Positions 26,155-35,446 of a stretch of DNA of 59,035 nucleotides are shown piece after piece. Where the stretch lies: NCBI GenBank assembly GCA_035620415.1, contig DASPGV010000067.1, positions 1 to 59,035 on the forward strand, given 5' to 3'. Positions within the stretch are counted from its first letter, which is position 1. The number at the start of each line of letters is the position of its first letter. This DNA comes from Nitrososphaera sp. Lineage in GTDB: Archaea; Thermoproteota; Nitrososphaeria; Nitrososphaerales; Nitrososphaeraceae. Below the pieces are notes generated by a model. It was not told the origin of the DNA. It was given only the letters and a program-made list of their open reading frames with translations, and did not search any database. The translations under genes and the position numbers were made by a program.

Positions 26155-27074
26155 TCCAGCCCCACCTTCAGGTTGACGACGTTCTCTCCCATCTTGTCGA
26201 TGTAGCCAATTCCGGCCTCCTGTTCTTCTTGGCCGATGGCCTCAATAGGGCTCAGCACCAGCACCCTGCCGCCCGGGATCTCGCCGGCGATGGTCTCTGC
26301 CAGCCGGCTGTCGATCAATTCCTCGGCATAGATCACGTTGATGTCAAGCCCACTTGCAAGCTCGATTATTTCCTGCATCCTTTGCGGCAGTATCTCGCCC
26401 TCCGGAGAAATGCCGAGTATGGCGTGCTGCGTCAGTCCGTACCTTTCTGCAAAGCGGGAAAAGGCGTCATGGAACGCTATAAAGTCGGATTTTTCGCAAT
26501 TGGCAAGCTCTAATCTTATGAAGGCGTCAAGCTGGTCAAGCTCCGCGGCAAACTCGGCCGCACTCTGGTTATAGTAATCCGCATTTTCCGGGTCAGCCGC
26601 GGCCATGGCGTCGCGGATCTTTTCCACCTGGTGATTCGCCAGCACGGGGTCGAGCCAGACGTGCGGGTCGACTCCGCCTTCCTGGCCGTGCTCATCCTCA
26701 ACTTCTTCTTCATGCTCAAGCTCGAGACCCTCGCTCGTGTCAACGACAACCCTTGCTTCCATATTGCCGGCCCAGCTTTCAAAGCCGGCGCCGTTTACAA
26801 CGAGCAGGTCTGCAGACTGCACCCTGAGCCTGTCCTGCGCCGTAGGCTCCCAGTCATGCGGCTCTATGCTAGCCGGCACAAGGCTCGACACTACTGCACG
26901 GTCGCCGCCGACGCGGGACGCAAATTCGTAGAGAGGGTAGAACGACGCGACGACCGCGATCCTTTCATTTTCCTGGCTTGCCTGCTGCGCCGGCCTGCCC
27001 GTGTACAGGGTCGCCAGCATCGCAAGCGGTATCACGACCGCGATCGCTGCAAGGGCAGCTCTGCTTTGGTTCAA
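26145..27074 (-). CDS. znuA: Zn/Mn ABC transporter substrate-binding protein
   Basis: EPHDWEP, DPHVWLDP, FHDAF, acidic/His-rich loop. Confidence 0.93.
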   Translation of the reverse strand: MNQSRAALAAIAVVIPLAMLATLYTGRPAQQASQENERIAVVASFYPLYEFASRVGGDRAVVSSLVPASIEPHDWEPTAQDRLRVQSADLLVVNGAGFESWAGNMEARVVVDTSEGLELEHEEEVEDEHGQEGGVDPHVWLDPVLANHQVEKIRDAMAAADPENADYYNQSAAEFAAELDQLDAFIRLELANCEKSDFIAFHDAFSRFAERYGLTQHAILGISPEGEILPQRMQEIIELASGLDINVIYAEELIDSRLAETIAGEIPGGRVLVLSPIEAIGQEEQEAGIGYIDKMGENVVNLKVGLECR

Positions 27075-27088
27075 TTGTACTCCTTATT

Positions 27089-27154
27089 GGAATTATTAAG
27101 AATATATAGTTTTATTAATAACAAATATGGAATTATTTATAAGCATCTTAATAA
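27089..27154. promoter_or_regulatory. Divergent promoter with TTATTAA-based inverted repeats (candidate operator)
   Basis: TTATTAAGA 27093 / TCTTAATAA 27146, central palindrome TTATTAATAA 27112-27121, direct repeat GGAATTATT at 27089 and 27129. Confidence 0.55.
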
Positions 27155-27166
27155 CACCATCGGGTA

Positions 27167-27550
27167 ATGACGATAGTAAGCGTTTCGCTCAACGACGACA
27201 TACTCTCTGAAATCGACAAGCTGCAAAAGGCCCTGGGGTTCTCCGGCAGGTCGGAGATAGTCCGCGCCGGCATCCGGAACCTGCTTGCCGAGGAGAAGGA
27301 CCGGCAGAATTTGTCCGGCTACCTTTTCGCCGTCCTTCTGGCGATACACGACGAAAAGTCAGACGATCAAGTAACAGAGATGGGCCACGGCTACGACAAG
27401 CTGATAACCACGCATATCCACAACAAGATAGACGGCGACAGGTGCCTCGAAATTTTCCTGCTAAAGGGCGACGCGGAGGAGGTAAAGGACATGACGAAAA
27501 AATTCCAGTCGAACAAAAAGATGGACCACGTCAAGCTGATCACAACGTGA
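27167..27550 (+). CDS. nikR: NikR-family ribbon-helix-helix metalloregulator
   Basis: VSVSL, GFSGRSEIVR, H...THIH......CLE metal site. Confidence 0.85.
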   Translation: MTIVSVSLNDDILSEIDKLQKALGFSGRSEIVRAGIRNLLAEEKDRQNLSGYLFAVLLAIHDEKSDDQVTEMGHGYDKLITTHIHNKIDGDRCLEIFLLKGDAEEVKDMTKKFQSNKKMDHVKLITT

Positions 27551-28557
27551 TTAACTTTTTTACGAGCCCGATCGGGCTTGGGCACGCCACCCGTGACATC
27601 GCAATCGCGGAGAAACTGCAGGCTGAAATAGAGTTTGTGAGTGGCGAGGGCGCGGCGAGCCTGATCGCAAGGAAGGGCTACAAGGCATTGGATGTGTACC
27701 GGCCGGGCAAGTTCGTCGTAGAGTCCGGCCTGCTGCAACACTCCTTCAGGTGGCTGATAGACTATTACTCCTATTACAAAAAGTGCAAGGTGATCGCAAA
27801 AGAGATCTTGGAAAAACGCGCCGGCCTTGTCGTGAGTGACGAGGATTTCGCCTCAATAGCAGTAGGAGAGGAGATGAACCGAAAACGCGTGCTGATAACC
27901 GACGTGATAGAGACGCATTTCACGAGCGGCCCAGCGTCGATGGTCGAGAAAAAGATGAACAAGGCCATGCAAAAGATGATGCAGGCGTGCGATTGCGTCA
28001 TCATCCCGGATTCAGGCGACGATTCTGGCAACGTTCGCCACATCGGACCGATGGTGAGGGAGATCGGCGCCGGACGCGATGAGCTGCGAAGGAGGTTTGG
28101 CTTTACAAAGACTACGCTCGTTGCCAGCGTTGGCGGCACGGACGCAGGCGGGTACCTCATCGAGAAGGTGATCGAGGCGCACCAGAATCTGCGGGACAGG
28201 CTGGATGTAGAGCTCGTTATTGTTTCCGGCCCGTCGCTCAGGCTGCCAGATTCGGCCGGCTACCGCAACCTTGGCTTTGTCGACAACCTACACGAGCTCG
28301 TCTGTGCGGCCGACCTTGTGATCTCGCTTGCCGGCAGGTCGACCATGGACGAGTCGATAGCATACGGCACGCCGGGGATCTTTATCCCGATAAAGGGTCA
28401 CTTTGAGCAGGAGTACGGCGCGGCCCGGCTGGGATACAGATATGAAGACATCTTCCGGCTAGAATCACTGATCGAAGAAAAGATCGGCCGCAGAAACGAA
28501 AGAACTAACGCCGGCGGCGCGGCACGGGCAGCAAAAATCATCTCTGACCTTCTTTAG
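27547..28557 (+). CDS. GT-B glycosyltransferase (family 28/MurG-like)
   Basis: GLGHATRD, SVGGT, GFVDN, ISLAGRST, HFEQ; GTGA overlap with nikR. Confidence 0.88.
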   Translation: MINFFTSPIGLGHATRDIAIAEKLQAEIEFVSGEGAASLIARKGYKALDVYRPGKFVVESGLLQHSFRWLIDYYSYYKKCKVIAKEILEKRAGLVVSDEDFASIAVGEEMNRKRVLITDVIETHFTSGPASMVEKKMNKAMQKMMQACDCVIIPDSGDDSGNVRHIGPMVREIGAGRDELRRRFGFTKTTLVASVGGTDAGGYLIEKVIEAHQNLRDRLDVELVIVSGPSLRLPDSAGYRNLGFVDNLHELVCAADLVISLAGRSTMDESIAYGTPGIFIPIKGHFEQEYGAARLGYRYEDIFRLESLIEEKIGRRNERTNAGGAARAAKIISDLL

Positions 28558-28950
28558 GCAGCTTTTCTAACAACAACCCTATCAACCTGTTAATCGCGAT
28601 CGAGCATTGCTTCTCTATCAAGTCGTTATCCATTTCAAGCGTAAAACTAAATTCTGCCCGAGAACCTGAACTTCCACTGATGATGCGCGACTTGAACAGC
28701 GAATTTCCGATCTGGTCCTTTGCAAACTTGATTTCTATTCGATACACCTTTTCGTCCTCGTTCAGGATGTAAAAATCCGGGGGTGTCTATGATCGTACCA
28801 GCGATTATGCCATAGAGCCTGTCAGGATCTAACTTTGTACAAAATGTAACCGAATGGTCATACACAGATATCAAGACCTCTTTTTACCAGCTCTTCCTTT
28901 ATCCTCGCATCAATGTATACGTCCATTTCTTCCTGCGTCTGGAATGTCAT
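28538..28950 (-). pseudogene. Low-GC hypothetical gene broken by two apparent frameshifts
   Basis: MTFQTQEEMDVYIDARIKEELVKRGL / ISVYDHSVTF...DTPGF / YILNEDEKVYRIEIKF... read consecutively in three frames. Confidence 0.45.
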
Positions 28951-28968
28951 CTTTTTCTCTGCAATCTC

Positions 28969-29082
28969 TTATAATATTTGATGCCGGATCTCCGCTACGA
29001 TCGCATCTATACGGGCGCAAGCACTGGAATAGAGAATGCTGGCTGAAAGTCCAACAACCACAACAAGGACTATGACCGCCAT
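28969..29082 (-). CDS. Possible small single-TM peptide (37 aa)
   Basis: MAVIVLVVVVGLSASILYSS...; TTTATA about 25 nt upstream. Confidence 0.35.
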   Translation of the reverse strand: MAVIVLVVVVGLSASILYSSACARIDAIVAEIRHQIL

Positions 29083-29165
29083 GATCGAGCGGCGCGCTAT
29101 GAAGCTATAAAGTCCACTCAATTAATAATGGCAAGCAAGATCATTTACATAAAGAATCTGGCAGT

Positions 29166-29342
29166 TTACCTGTTGCAGGCCTTGTTTACCCGGAGCCTGC
29201 ACCTTGCTGTACTGTGGCGCCAGCTGCCGTTCATGAAATACTCCAAGTGCGGCACGCCGTCGCGGTCCGCTATTGTCCTCTCCTGCCCGTTCTTCGGGGC
29301 GCCGGAGCCGACTCGAGTCTGGATTTGGTTCCTGAAGCTCAT
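29166..29342 (-). CDS. Small hypothetical protein (58 aa)
   Basis: ATG overlaps the TGA of the upstream Zn-finger gene (ATGA coupling). Confidence 0.6.
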   Translation of the reverse strand: MSFRNQIQTRVGSGAPKNGQERTIADRDGVPHLEYFMNGSWRHSTARCRLRVNKACNR

Positions 29343-29527
29343 GCCAGGCTCCTGCTGCTGTCCTCTACAGTCTTTGCGCACAGGTCGCAGTATCTTTCAA
29401 CAAGCGCGATCCCGTTGCCAACATTGAACAGGGCGTCTTTTGTGGCAGGCTGGCCGCAGTTCTTGCATGTCCTTGGACTTGAGAGGCTGCTGCGAACCCT
29501 GATAGCGGAGAAAACCCTATCCATCAC
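29339..29527 (-). CDS. Small Zn-ribbon protein
   Basis: CKNCG.PAT...F......VERYCDLC. Confidence 0.8.
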   Translation of the reverse strand: MMDRVFSAIRVRSSLSSPRTCKNCGQPATKDALFNVGNGIALVERYCDLCAKTVEDSSRSLA

Positions 29528-29640
29528 TATCTAGCAGCGCACGAACTATAAGAATGTAGGCTTTCGCGGCCGCGAAACAATTGCAATTGAATGGTGAAAA
29601 AGGGTAGGTGCATCGAAGAAAAATCGTTGCACAAATTTCG

Positions 29641-29691
29641 TTACTTCTTCTTTGGTTTCTTCTTACCGCTGGCTTTCTTTTTTGCTGCCAC
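29641..29691 (-). CDS. 16-aa Lys-rich microprotein
   Basis: GTG...TAA gives MAAKKKASGKKKPKKK; TTATATA box 22 nt upstream on the same strand. Confidence 0.55.
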   Translation of the reverse strand: MAAKKKASGKKKPKKK

Positions 29692-29734
29692 GTTTTTGGA
29701 TGCAGGTTCAGCTATATAACTTAGAGCCCGCCAA

Positions 29735-29941
29735 CTATTCCGGCGACGTCAGGGTCTGCCTGCTGTGATCCTGCTTTCTGGTCTTTGTTTCGGTCATCCT
29801 CTGGGGCGTGTAGAAAATCTCGTGGTCGTTTTTGAGATGGCTCAGGAACGCCACTCCGTTGTTGACATTGTCCTTCACTATCAGGTCTCGCCCGCAGTAG
29901 TTGCATTTTATGATGTGCTCGTCCGGACCGGCTTGTGTCAA
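29735..29941 (-). CDS. Small C2H2 Zn-finger protein
   Basis: CNYCG...FLSHLKNDH. Confidence 0.75.
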   Translation of the reverse strand: MTQAGPDEHIIKCNYCGRDLIVKDNVNNGVAFLSHLKNDHEIFYTPQRMTETKTRKQDHSRQTLTSPE

Positions 29942-30001
29942 TGTAAAGTCATTGCCAGAGCTAGAATAAGGATTTTCCTGAGCTAGCTGTCCCTAACAGT
30001 T

Positions 30002-30178
30002 TCAAACCGGCTTTAGTGCAGCTTCCCTCATCCCGGCGCCGCAGCGGGGGCACAGGATCAGGTGCTCCGTCTGAATCGCAGCTACAGACTTTGTCTGTCC
30101 GCACCTTGGGCACACAAGCTGGACTTTTGCAAGTCTGGCCGAGCGTCTCATAATCTGGAATACGGCACCCTGTCCCAT
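30002..30178 (-). CDS. Small CPxCG Zn-ribbon protein (up to 58 aa), not in ORF track
   Basis: MGQGAVFQIMRRSARLAKVQLVCPRCGQTKSVAAIQTEHLILCPRCGAGMREAALKPV. Confidence 0.75.
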   Translation of the reverse strand: MGQGAVFQIMRRSARLAKVQLVCPRCGQTKSVAAIQTEHLILCPRCGAGMREAALKPV

Positions 30179-30191
30179 TAACTTTCTGTAA

Positions 30192-30288
30192 GCGGGAGCC
30201 TAGACCCCTTGCAGGCAAAGGCGGAGGGTCTAGGCCTGATCGGCATGGCAACCGCCCGGATGCTTTGCCAAAGCTGGCGCCAGCCCGC
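30192..30288 (-). ncRNA. Candidate structured RNA / 5' leader (multi-stem)
   Basis: Closing GCGGG/CCCGC, 10-bp stem GCCTAGACCC/GGGTCTAGGC, GCTTTGCCAAAGC hairpin, GCTGGCGCCAGC palindrome; strand is a guess. Confidence 0.45.
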
Positions 30289-30367
30289 CATTATTCATGC
30301 GAATCCGAATAACTTTCACCAAGGTTTTTCGGGCAGCTTTAAAAGCTCGAAAATCAACTGCAGGCGG

Positions 30368-30682
30368 TTGATCGAAGACAGCTCGCTGCAAGTTGATCTG
30401 GCCATAGCCCAGATTGTAACAACCATCCTCATAACAATCGGCGCGACGCTCTTTGCAATAGTGTTCGGCTTCGACATAGCCTTTCCTCCCATCGTGCAGG
30501 ACATCCTTAGCAACGGCGCGCCGGGCAACCTGCAGGAAGGAGTGCTGCTGACACTGGACAACTATTCGTTCATTCTGATGGCGGCAGGCATACTGATGAT
30601 GATCGTAGGCGTATCGTACGGCTCGGTGAGGCTTTCAGAAATCAAAAGAAGATTGAAAAGAGAGCGGCAGATCAAAAAATAA
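30368..30682 (+). CDS. Two-TM membrane protein
   Basis: Two hydrophobic helices and basic tail; likely start TTG 30368. Confidence 0.7.
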   Translation: MIEDSSLQVDLAIAQIVTTILITIGATLFAIVFGFDIAFPPIVQDILSNGAPGNLQEGVLLTLDNYSFILMAAGILMMIVGVSYGSVRLSEIKRRLKRERQIKK

Positions 30683-30696
30683 AAAAGGTGGATGCG

Positions 30697-33600
30697 CTAC
30701 TGCACCACGACCTCCGAGATCGCCACGGGTGAGAGGATATCCAGCCTTTCAAAGTCGCTTATGACGAACGTCCTTATTTGGTACGTCCCCGTTCTCTCTG
30801 GCGTCCACGATATCCCGATGTCGACGCTGCCGTCCGGGTTCAGGCTTCCCGTCTGCCATTCCAGGCTCTCTGTCACCTGCTGCGAGTTCCTCACCTCGAC
30901 GATCGCCAGGAACGGCTGGACATTTGCGTTGTTGTTCTTGATGGTGGTTGACAGCACAGCCTGCCTTCCCACCATCAGCTCTGCCAGCTCGTCGCCTGCG
31001 ATGTCCCTGATTGTCGGGGCCGAAGGCGTGGTGGCAGCCGTGCCGCTGCTGCTCACTCCTACAACGAAAGTGTAGAAGAACTTCTTTTCGGGGTTGTCCC
31101 TGTCCTCCACCCTCTGGGCGTAGTCGCGGGGGAATTCGTCTTCGTACGATACGGTGACTTCGTCCCCGTTGCGCGCGGATATGGCGCCGCTCTGCGTCCC
31201 TGTAGTCAGCAGGAATGACAGCCTGAACACGCCGCTATCCTTGCCGGTCTCTATCGCCGAGTACGTCCTGCCTACCCTGTCGCTTTCAGAGGTGACCCTG
31301 ACGTCCCTTATCGAGTCGGCGATGTCGGGGTCCCTGTTGGTGTCCGGGTCGGCAATGGTTATGGTCACCCTGTCGTTTTCTTCGTACGACTCTTTGTCTG
31401 CGGCAAACTCGGGGTCCCAGCTCATCACTTCAATGACCTCAGACACCGTCACCGAGTTGCCACTTCCATCATTTTCGTCCTCGTACCTGACAGCCAGGAG
31501 GTCGCCGGGCAGCACGCCAATCCTTGGCGCCGAGCCTCCCTCCACCTCTACGGGATCGCCGTCCTCGCCGTCTTCCACGGGCACCAGCTCTATCTCGAAC
31601 TGGAACACCCCGGTGTCAGAGCCAGTTTCTTCCAGATCGGGACTTGCTTTCCCGGCGTCCTTCCTGTCGGTCCTAAAGACCACGATGCCGTCGCCGTCAT
31701 TGTCGCCTTCGAACTTGTCGGTCCTGAGCGGGTTGAGGTTAAGATCGCTATCTGCGATGAGCACCGTCAGCTTGGTGCCGGGTCCTATCATTTCAGGCAT
31801 TATCCGGATCGAGCCGGTGCTCGTGACAATGGGCACGTCAAGTTCCATTTCGTCGCCTGAGCGACCTGTGGCGTCAATCTCGTCGTTGTACGTTATGTGT
31901 ATGACTGTTGCCTGGTTGAGCTCACCCCTATCTTCTTCGGCGACCGGGATGTCGCTGCCGATTATGAACGACGCAGTAAAGATGCCGCTGTCCAGCCCGG
32001 TCTCCCTGAAGAGCTTTGTGTCCACGGTTTCGATATCCAAGTCGTTGTCATCGGGCTCGATTGCCACGATAAAGACACCTTGGGTGTTGAGCGATGTCCT
32101 GAATTTCTCTTCCTCTGCATCATTCAGGTTGAGATCCGGGTCATAGACAGTTATGGTGATGTTGTCGCCGACCATAACGCTGTTCATGTCTGCGGAAATC
32201 AATCCAGTGCTACCCCTAAAAGTGATCCCTGCACTTTCGTCATCGCCTACATCGTTGTAATAGGTGAAGACGATCTTTAGGTCGTGCCATTCGTCACTGT
32301 CCAAGGCTCCGTCATTGACAAACTCCAGCTCTGCATCAAACACCCCGGTCGACCTTCCAATCTCTCTCAGCGTTGGAAGCTCTGGCAGTATGTCAGCAAG
32401 GAAGATTCCTGTGTTGCCAAGCTCTCCTGAAGGGTCTGTGCCGTCATACTTTGCAGTCGTGTCTATCGTTTCTCTGATGCCGTCCCTTTCAACCCTGAGC
32501 GAAAACGCCGGCCTTGGGCTTCCGGGATCATTTCTGAAGTTAAAGTCTATCGTGTTTTCGACGCCGGATTGCGTGTTCTCCCTCACATCTGTCACAATCA
32601 GCGTTGTGACCGAGCTGGTTCCAACAAGCGCGCCTACGCTCGATTCTGGAGCCGGGTCGGACGGATCGTCTTCCGGCGGAATTGGCAAGAGCTCCCTTGA
32701 AAAGTCAACCGCGGTCGAAGACCTCTGGATTATGAGCGTGGCCGAGCTTTCGCGCGCGGTCTTTCCCATCAGGTCGTTGTACGTGACCTTGAATCTGTCG
32801 CCGTCGTCCGCGCTTATGCCTGCGCTTGCAAGGATGTCGCCCATGTCAAGCGTGGCCTTGAATACCCCACTGTTGATGTCGATCTCTGACAACACGTAGG
32901 TTATGTCGTCTGCAAATGCCGGCGCGTTGCCTCCGATTTCGATCTCTATCGTCGCAAGGTCTCCTATCGGCAGACCACCACCCCTTTTTAAGTCGAAGGT
33001 TCCAGAACCTCCGGTCAGGATGAAAGAGTAGGAGTCCCTGGTCCGGGGATTGTCGTTCAGGTCCGCGTCGGTGATTGTCAGGACAAACTTGTCGTTCACA
33101 CTGGCAGTGCCCGGCAGGTTTACCTGACCTGTTACGATCTGCAGCTTCTTCCTGAAGCTGGATGTGACGCTGGTAGAAGAGTCGTCGTCAAGCGGGTCCT
33201 TGTACGAGACGGTGATGTCCTTGTCTATGTCGATCTGCCTCAGCTCCAGTATTCCGTTGTTTGGAACAGGATTCTGCCCATCTGCAAGGAACGTGATTCT
33301 GAGCTCGTTGTTTGAGCCGTCGATTATAAATACGCCCGAGTTGTCGTCAGTCTCTTCCATGCTGACTGATTCCTGATCGGATTCGCCGGCATTAAAGACG
33401 CTGTTTCCGTTTGTATCGCCGTTTCCAACCCTCACACTGACAACATCTACCAAAGTTTCGTCATCATCAGAATCCTTGTTCTGGTCGTTGTCGCGCAGCA
33501 CGAGCTTAAGCTCGCTTCCGAACATGATGGTTCCAACATCGTCCAGCATGCCGTCATCGTTTTCTATCACAAAGCTGGTGTCAGAAGTGCTGCCGGCGTC

Positions 33601-34515
33601 GTTTTCCGGGCCGGTTACGTCTGCATAGTTTACCATGTCGCTCAGGGAAAGGCTTACTGAACTGCTCGAAAAGACAAGCTCTGCCGGGTCGTCGCTTCCT
33701 GTGTCTGCTTTGACGAGCTGAAGCTCTGCCTCAAAGATTGCGCTGTTATCAGCGGTTTCTTCGAAAACAACATCGTCCACAAAGCTGGCCCCGGAAATTT
33801 CAAACAGCTCATCCAGATCGGCATCTTTGACATTGAATGAGTCACGCTCTGTCGGGTTTAGGTTAGCGTCTTGGTCCCGGATCAAAATGTAAACAATGCT
33901 GTCGGTCCCGTACACCTCCCTATCTGTGCCCAGCTGGCCTTTGGATTCTTCATAGGAAAAGTCGATCTGTTTGTTTCCATACCTTATCTCAAATTCTACC
34001 TGCTCGTACAGCGAATCGCCTGTATCAAGCTCAACCCCGCTGCCTGCGTCGGTCCCGAACCTGATTATCGGGGCGCCTATGCCATCAAACCCGTCTGACA
34101 GGTCGTCGAACCCTTCGCCATTTCTCGGATCCAGCTCGGTGCCGTCGTCGGCTATCCCGTCCGCATACTGCGAGGCAGCATGGACTAGGAAGAATTCAAA
34201 CCTCTGCGAACCGGGGTTCGTGTTGGGGATTTCAAATATGCCGGAATCAAACCTGCTGCTCCCTTCACTTTCAGCTTCTATCTCTACCTCGATAACGTCA
34301 TCATCGTCGTCGTCAGCGTTTCTGTCAGTTATGACAACCTGGACGACGCCTTCGCCAAAAAATCTCCTCCCGTGGTCGTCAGCTGATGTGCTTATGGTTA
34401 CGTTTTCGCTGGCCTGCGCAACAGCAAGATTACCGTTGAACACGACTCCCGTATTGGCAAGCAGCAGAACCGCCGCCAGAAGCGGCGCAACACATATCTT
34501 TTTGGTGTTCATCAT
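30697..34515 (-). CDS. Large acidic S-layer-like / cell-surface protein with repeated Ig-like modules
   Basis: Signal peptide, repeated I.D.D.N..P and ET...SG(V/I)F motifs, C-terminal ...ISWTP..GTY.I..FV domain. Confidence 0.85.
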   Translation of the reverse strand: MMNTKKICVAPLLAAVLLLANTGVVFNGNLAVAQASENVTISTSADDHGRRFFGEGVVQVVITDRNADDDDDDVIEVEIEAESEGSSRFDSGIFEIPNTNPGSQRFEFFLVHAASQYADGIADDGTELDPRNGEGFDDLSDGFDGIGAPIIRFGTDAGSGVELDTGDSLYEQVEFEIRYGNKQIDFSYEESKGQLGTDREVYGTDSIVYILIRDQDANLNPTERDSFNVKDADLDELFEISGASFVDDVVFEETADNSAIFEAELQLVKADTGSDDPAELVFSSSSVSLSLSDMVNYADVTGPENDAGSTSDTSFVIENDDGMLDDVGTIMFGSELKLVLRDNDQNKDSDDDETLVDVVSVRVGNGDTNGNSVFNAGESDQESVSMEETDDNSGVFIIDGSNNELRITFLADGQNPVPNNGILELRQIDIDKDITVSYKDPLDDDSSTSVTSSFRKKLQIVTGQVNLPGTASVNDKFVLTITDADLNDNPRTRDSYSFILTGGSGTFDLKRGGGLPIGDLATIEIEIGGNAPAFADDITYVLSEIDINSGVFKATLDMGDILASAGISADDGDRFKVTYNDLMGKTARESSATLIIQRSSTAVDFSRELLPIPPEDDPSDPAPESSVGALVGTSSVTTLIVTDVRENTQSGVENTIDFNFRNDPGSPRPAFSLRVERDGIRETIDTTAKYDGTDPSGELGNTGIFLADILPELPTLREIGRSTGVFDAELEFVNDGALDSDEWHDLKIVFTYYNDVGDDESAGITFRGSTGLISADMNSVMVGDNITITVYDPDLNLNDAEEEKFRTSLNTQGVFIVAIEPDDNDLDIETVDTKLFRETGLDSGIFTASFIIGSDIPVAEEDRGELNQATVIHITYNDEIDATGRSGDEMELDVPIVTSTGSIRIMPEMIGPGTKLTVLIADSDLNLNPLRTDKFEGDNDGDGIVVFRTDRKDAGKASPDLEETGSDTGVFQFEIELVPVEDGEDGDPVEVEGGSAPRIGVLPGDLLAVRYEDENDGSGNSVTVSEVIEVMSWDPEFAADKESYEENDRVTITIADPDTNRDPDIADSIRDVRVTSESDRVGRTYSAIETGKDSGVFRLSFLLTTGTQSGAISARNGDEVTVSYEDEFPRDYAQRVEDRDNPEKKFFYTFVVGVSSSGTAATTPSAPTIRDIAGDELAELMVGRQAVLSTTIKNNNANVQPFLAIVEVRNSQQVTESLEWQTGSLNPDGSVDIGISWTPERTGTYQIRTFVISDFERLDILSPVAISEVVVQ

Positions 34516-34689
34516 TGAACACCGCGAAATGGAATAATTTTTTATAAAAAACCCGTGCACGATTGGTCGCGCTTGAAGTTCTGGATCATTCCTCTAACCC
34601 GAAAAACTTTCCAGAAGGTTACTGGGGCCGACAATATTTTCTCGGAAAACCTAATATGATTAGGATACACATTTTTCATAATAAAGTCA

Positions 34690-35439
34690 GTGGACAGATT
34701 GCAAGAAGATAATATTGTCAACCCTCCCAAAGACAACATCGGCGGCCAGAGGTCGAAATTTGACGTGATAGCCGCGATTCTGCACATATGCCTAGAGGGT
34801 AGCCTGAAAAACCACATCATAGGGAAGGGGAACTTTAGCGACGCAATGGCCAACCATTACCTTAGCATACTCCTCTACCACAACCTGATCGGGTCGTCCA
34901 AGGTCGAAAATGGCAGGGTTTACTACAGGACTACTGGGAAGGGCAGGCAATTTATCAACCACTATTCCAGCATACAGAGTCTCTTCAGCAGGCCGGAAAC
35001 GCCTGCACTAGAAAGTAACAAGCCCGAGCTGGCGCACCTGTCATCCGATGCAGCCGGCGGGCAGGCACTTGACAAAAGGATTCTGGTGGTTGATGACGAA
35101 AGCGACATAAGCTCCGCCATAAAGATAGGTCTGGAAGACAACGGGTTTGAGGTAAAGATTTTCAACGATCCAATATCGGCGCTAGCCGGCTACAAGCCGG
35201 GCGCCTACGACCTGATGATACTTGACGTCAAGATGCCCAAGATGAACGGCTTTGAGCTGTACCGGGAAATAATGAAGGTCGACAACAAGGCAAGAGTGTG
35301 CTTTCTGACGGCGTTTGAAATGTACGGCGAGGAATTCAAGCGTGTTTTTCCTTCAATGGACATCAAGCACTTTATCCACAAGCCGATCTCAATGTCGGAC
35401 CTCGTAAGCCAGATAAGGAAGCTGACGGACCGGGACTGA
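34690..35439 (+). CDS. wHTH + receiver-domain response regulator
   Basis: RSKFDVIA.IL..C wHTH, Y.TT.KG; ILVVDDE, LDVKMP.MNG, FLTA, KP. Confidence 0.9.
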   Translation: MDRLQEDNIVNPPKDNIGGQRSKFDVIAAILHICLEGSLKNHIIGKGNFSDAMANHYLSILLYHNLIGSSKVENGRVYYRTTGKGRQFINHYSSIQSLFSRPETPALESNKPELAHLSSDAAGGQALDKRILVVDDESDISSAIKIGLEDNGFEVKIFNDPISALAGYKPGAYDLMILDVKMPKMNGFELYREIMKVDNKARVCFLTAFEMYGEEFKRVFPSMDIKHFIHKPISMSDLVSQIRKLTDRD

Positions 35440-35446
35440 AAGGCCC

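Noticed and set aside
30192-30288. 5S rRNA, tRNA or SRP RNA identity for the structured element
   Set aside because: Lacks recognisable T-loop, 5S loop or SRP helix-8 signatures; kept only as an unknown candidate
31154-34537. Long plus-strand Ser-rich ORFs (31154-32146, 32264-32899, 33971-34537)
   Set aside because: Antisense shadows of the Asp/Glu-rich S-layer-like gene
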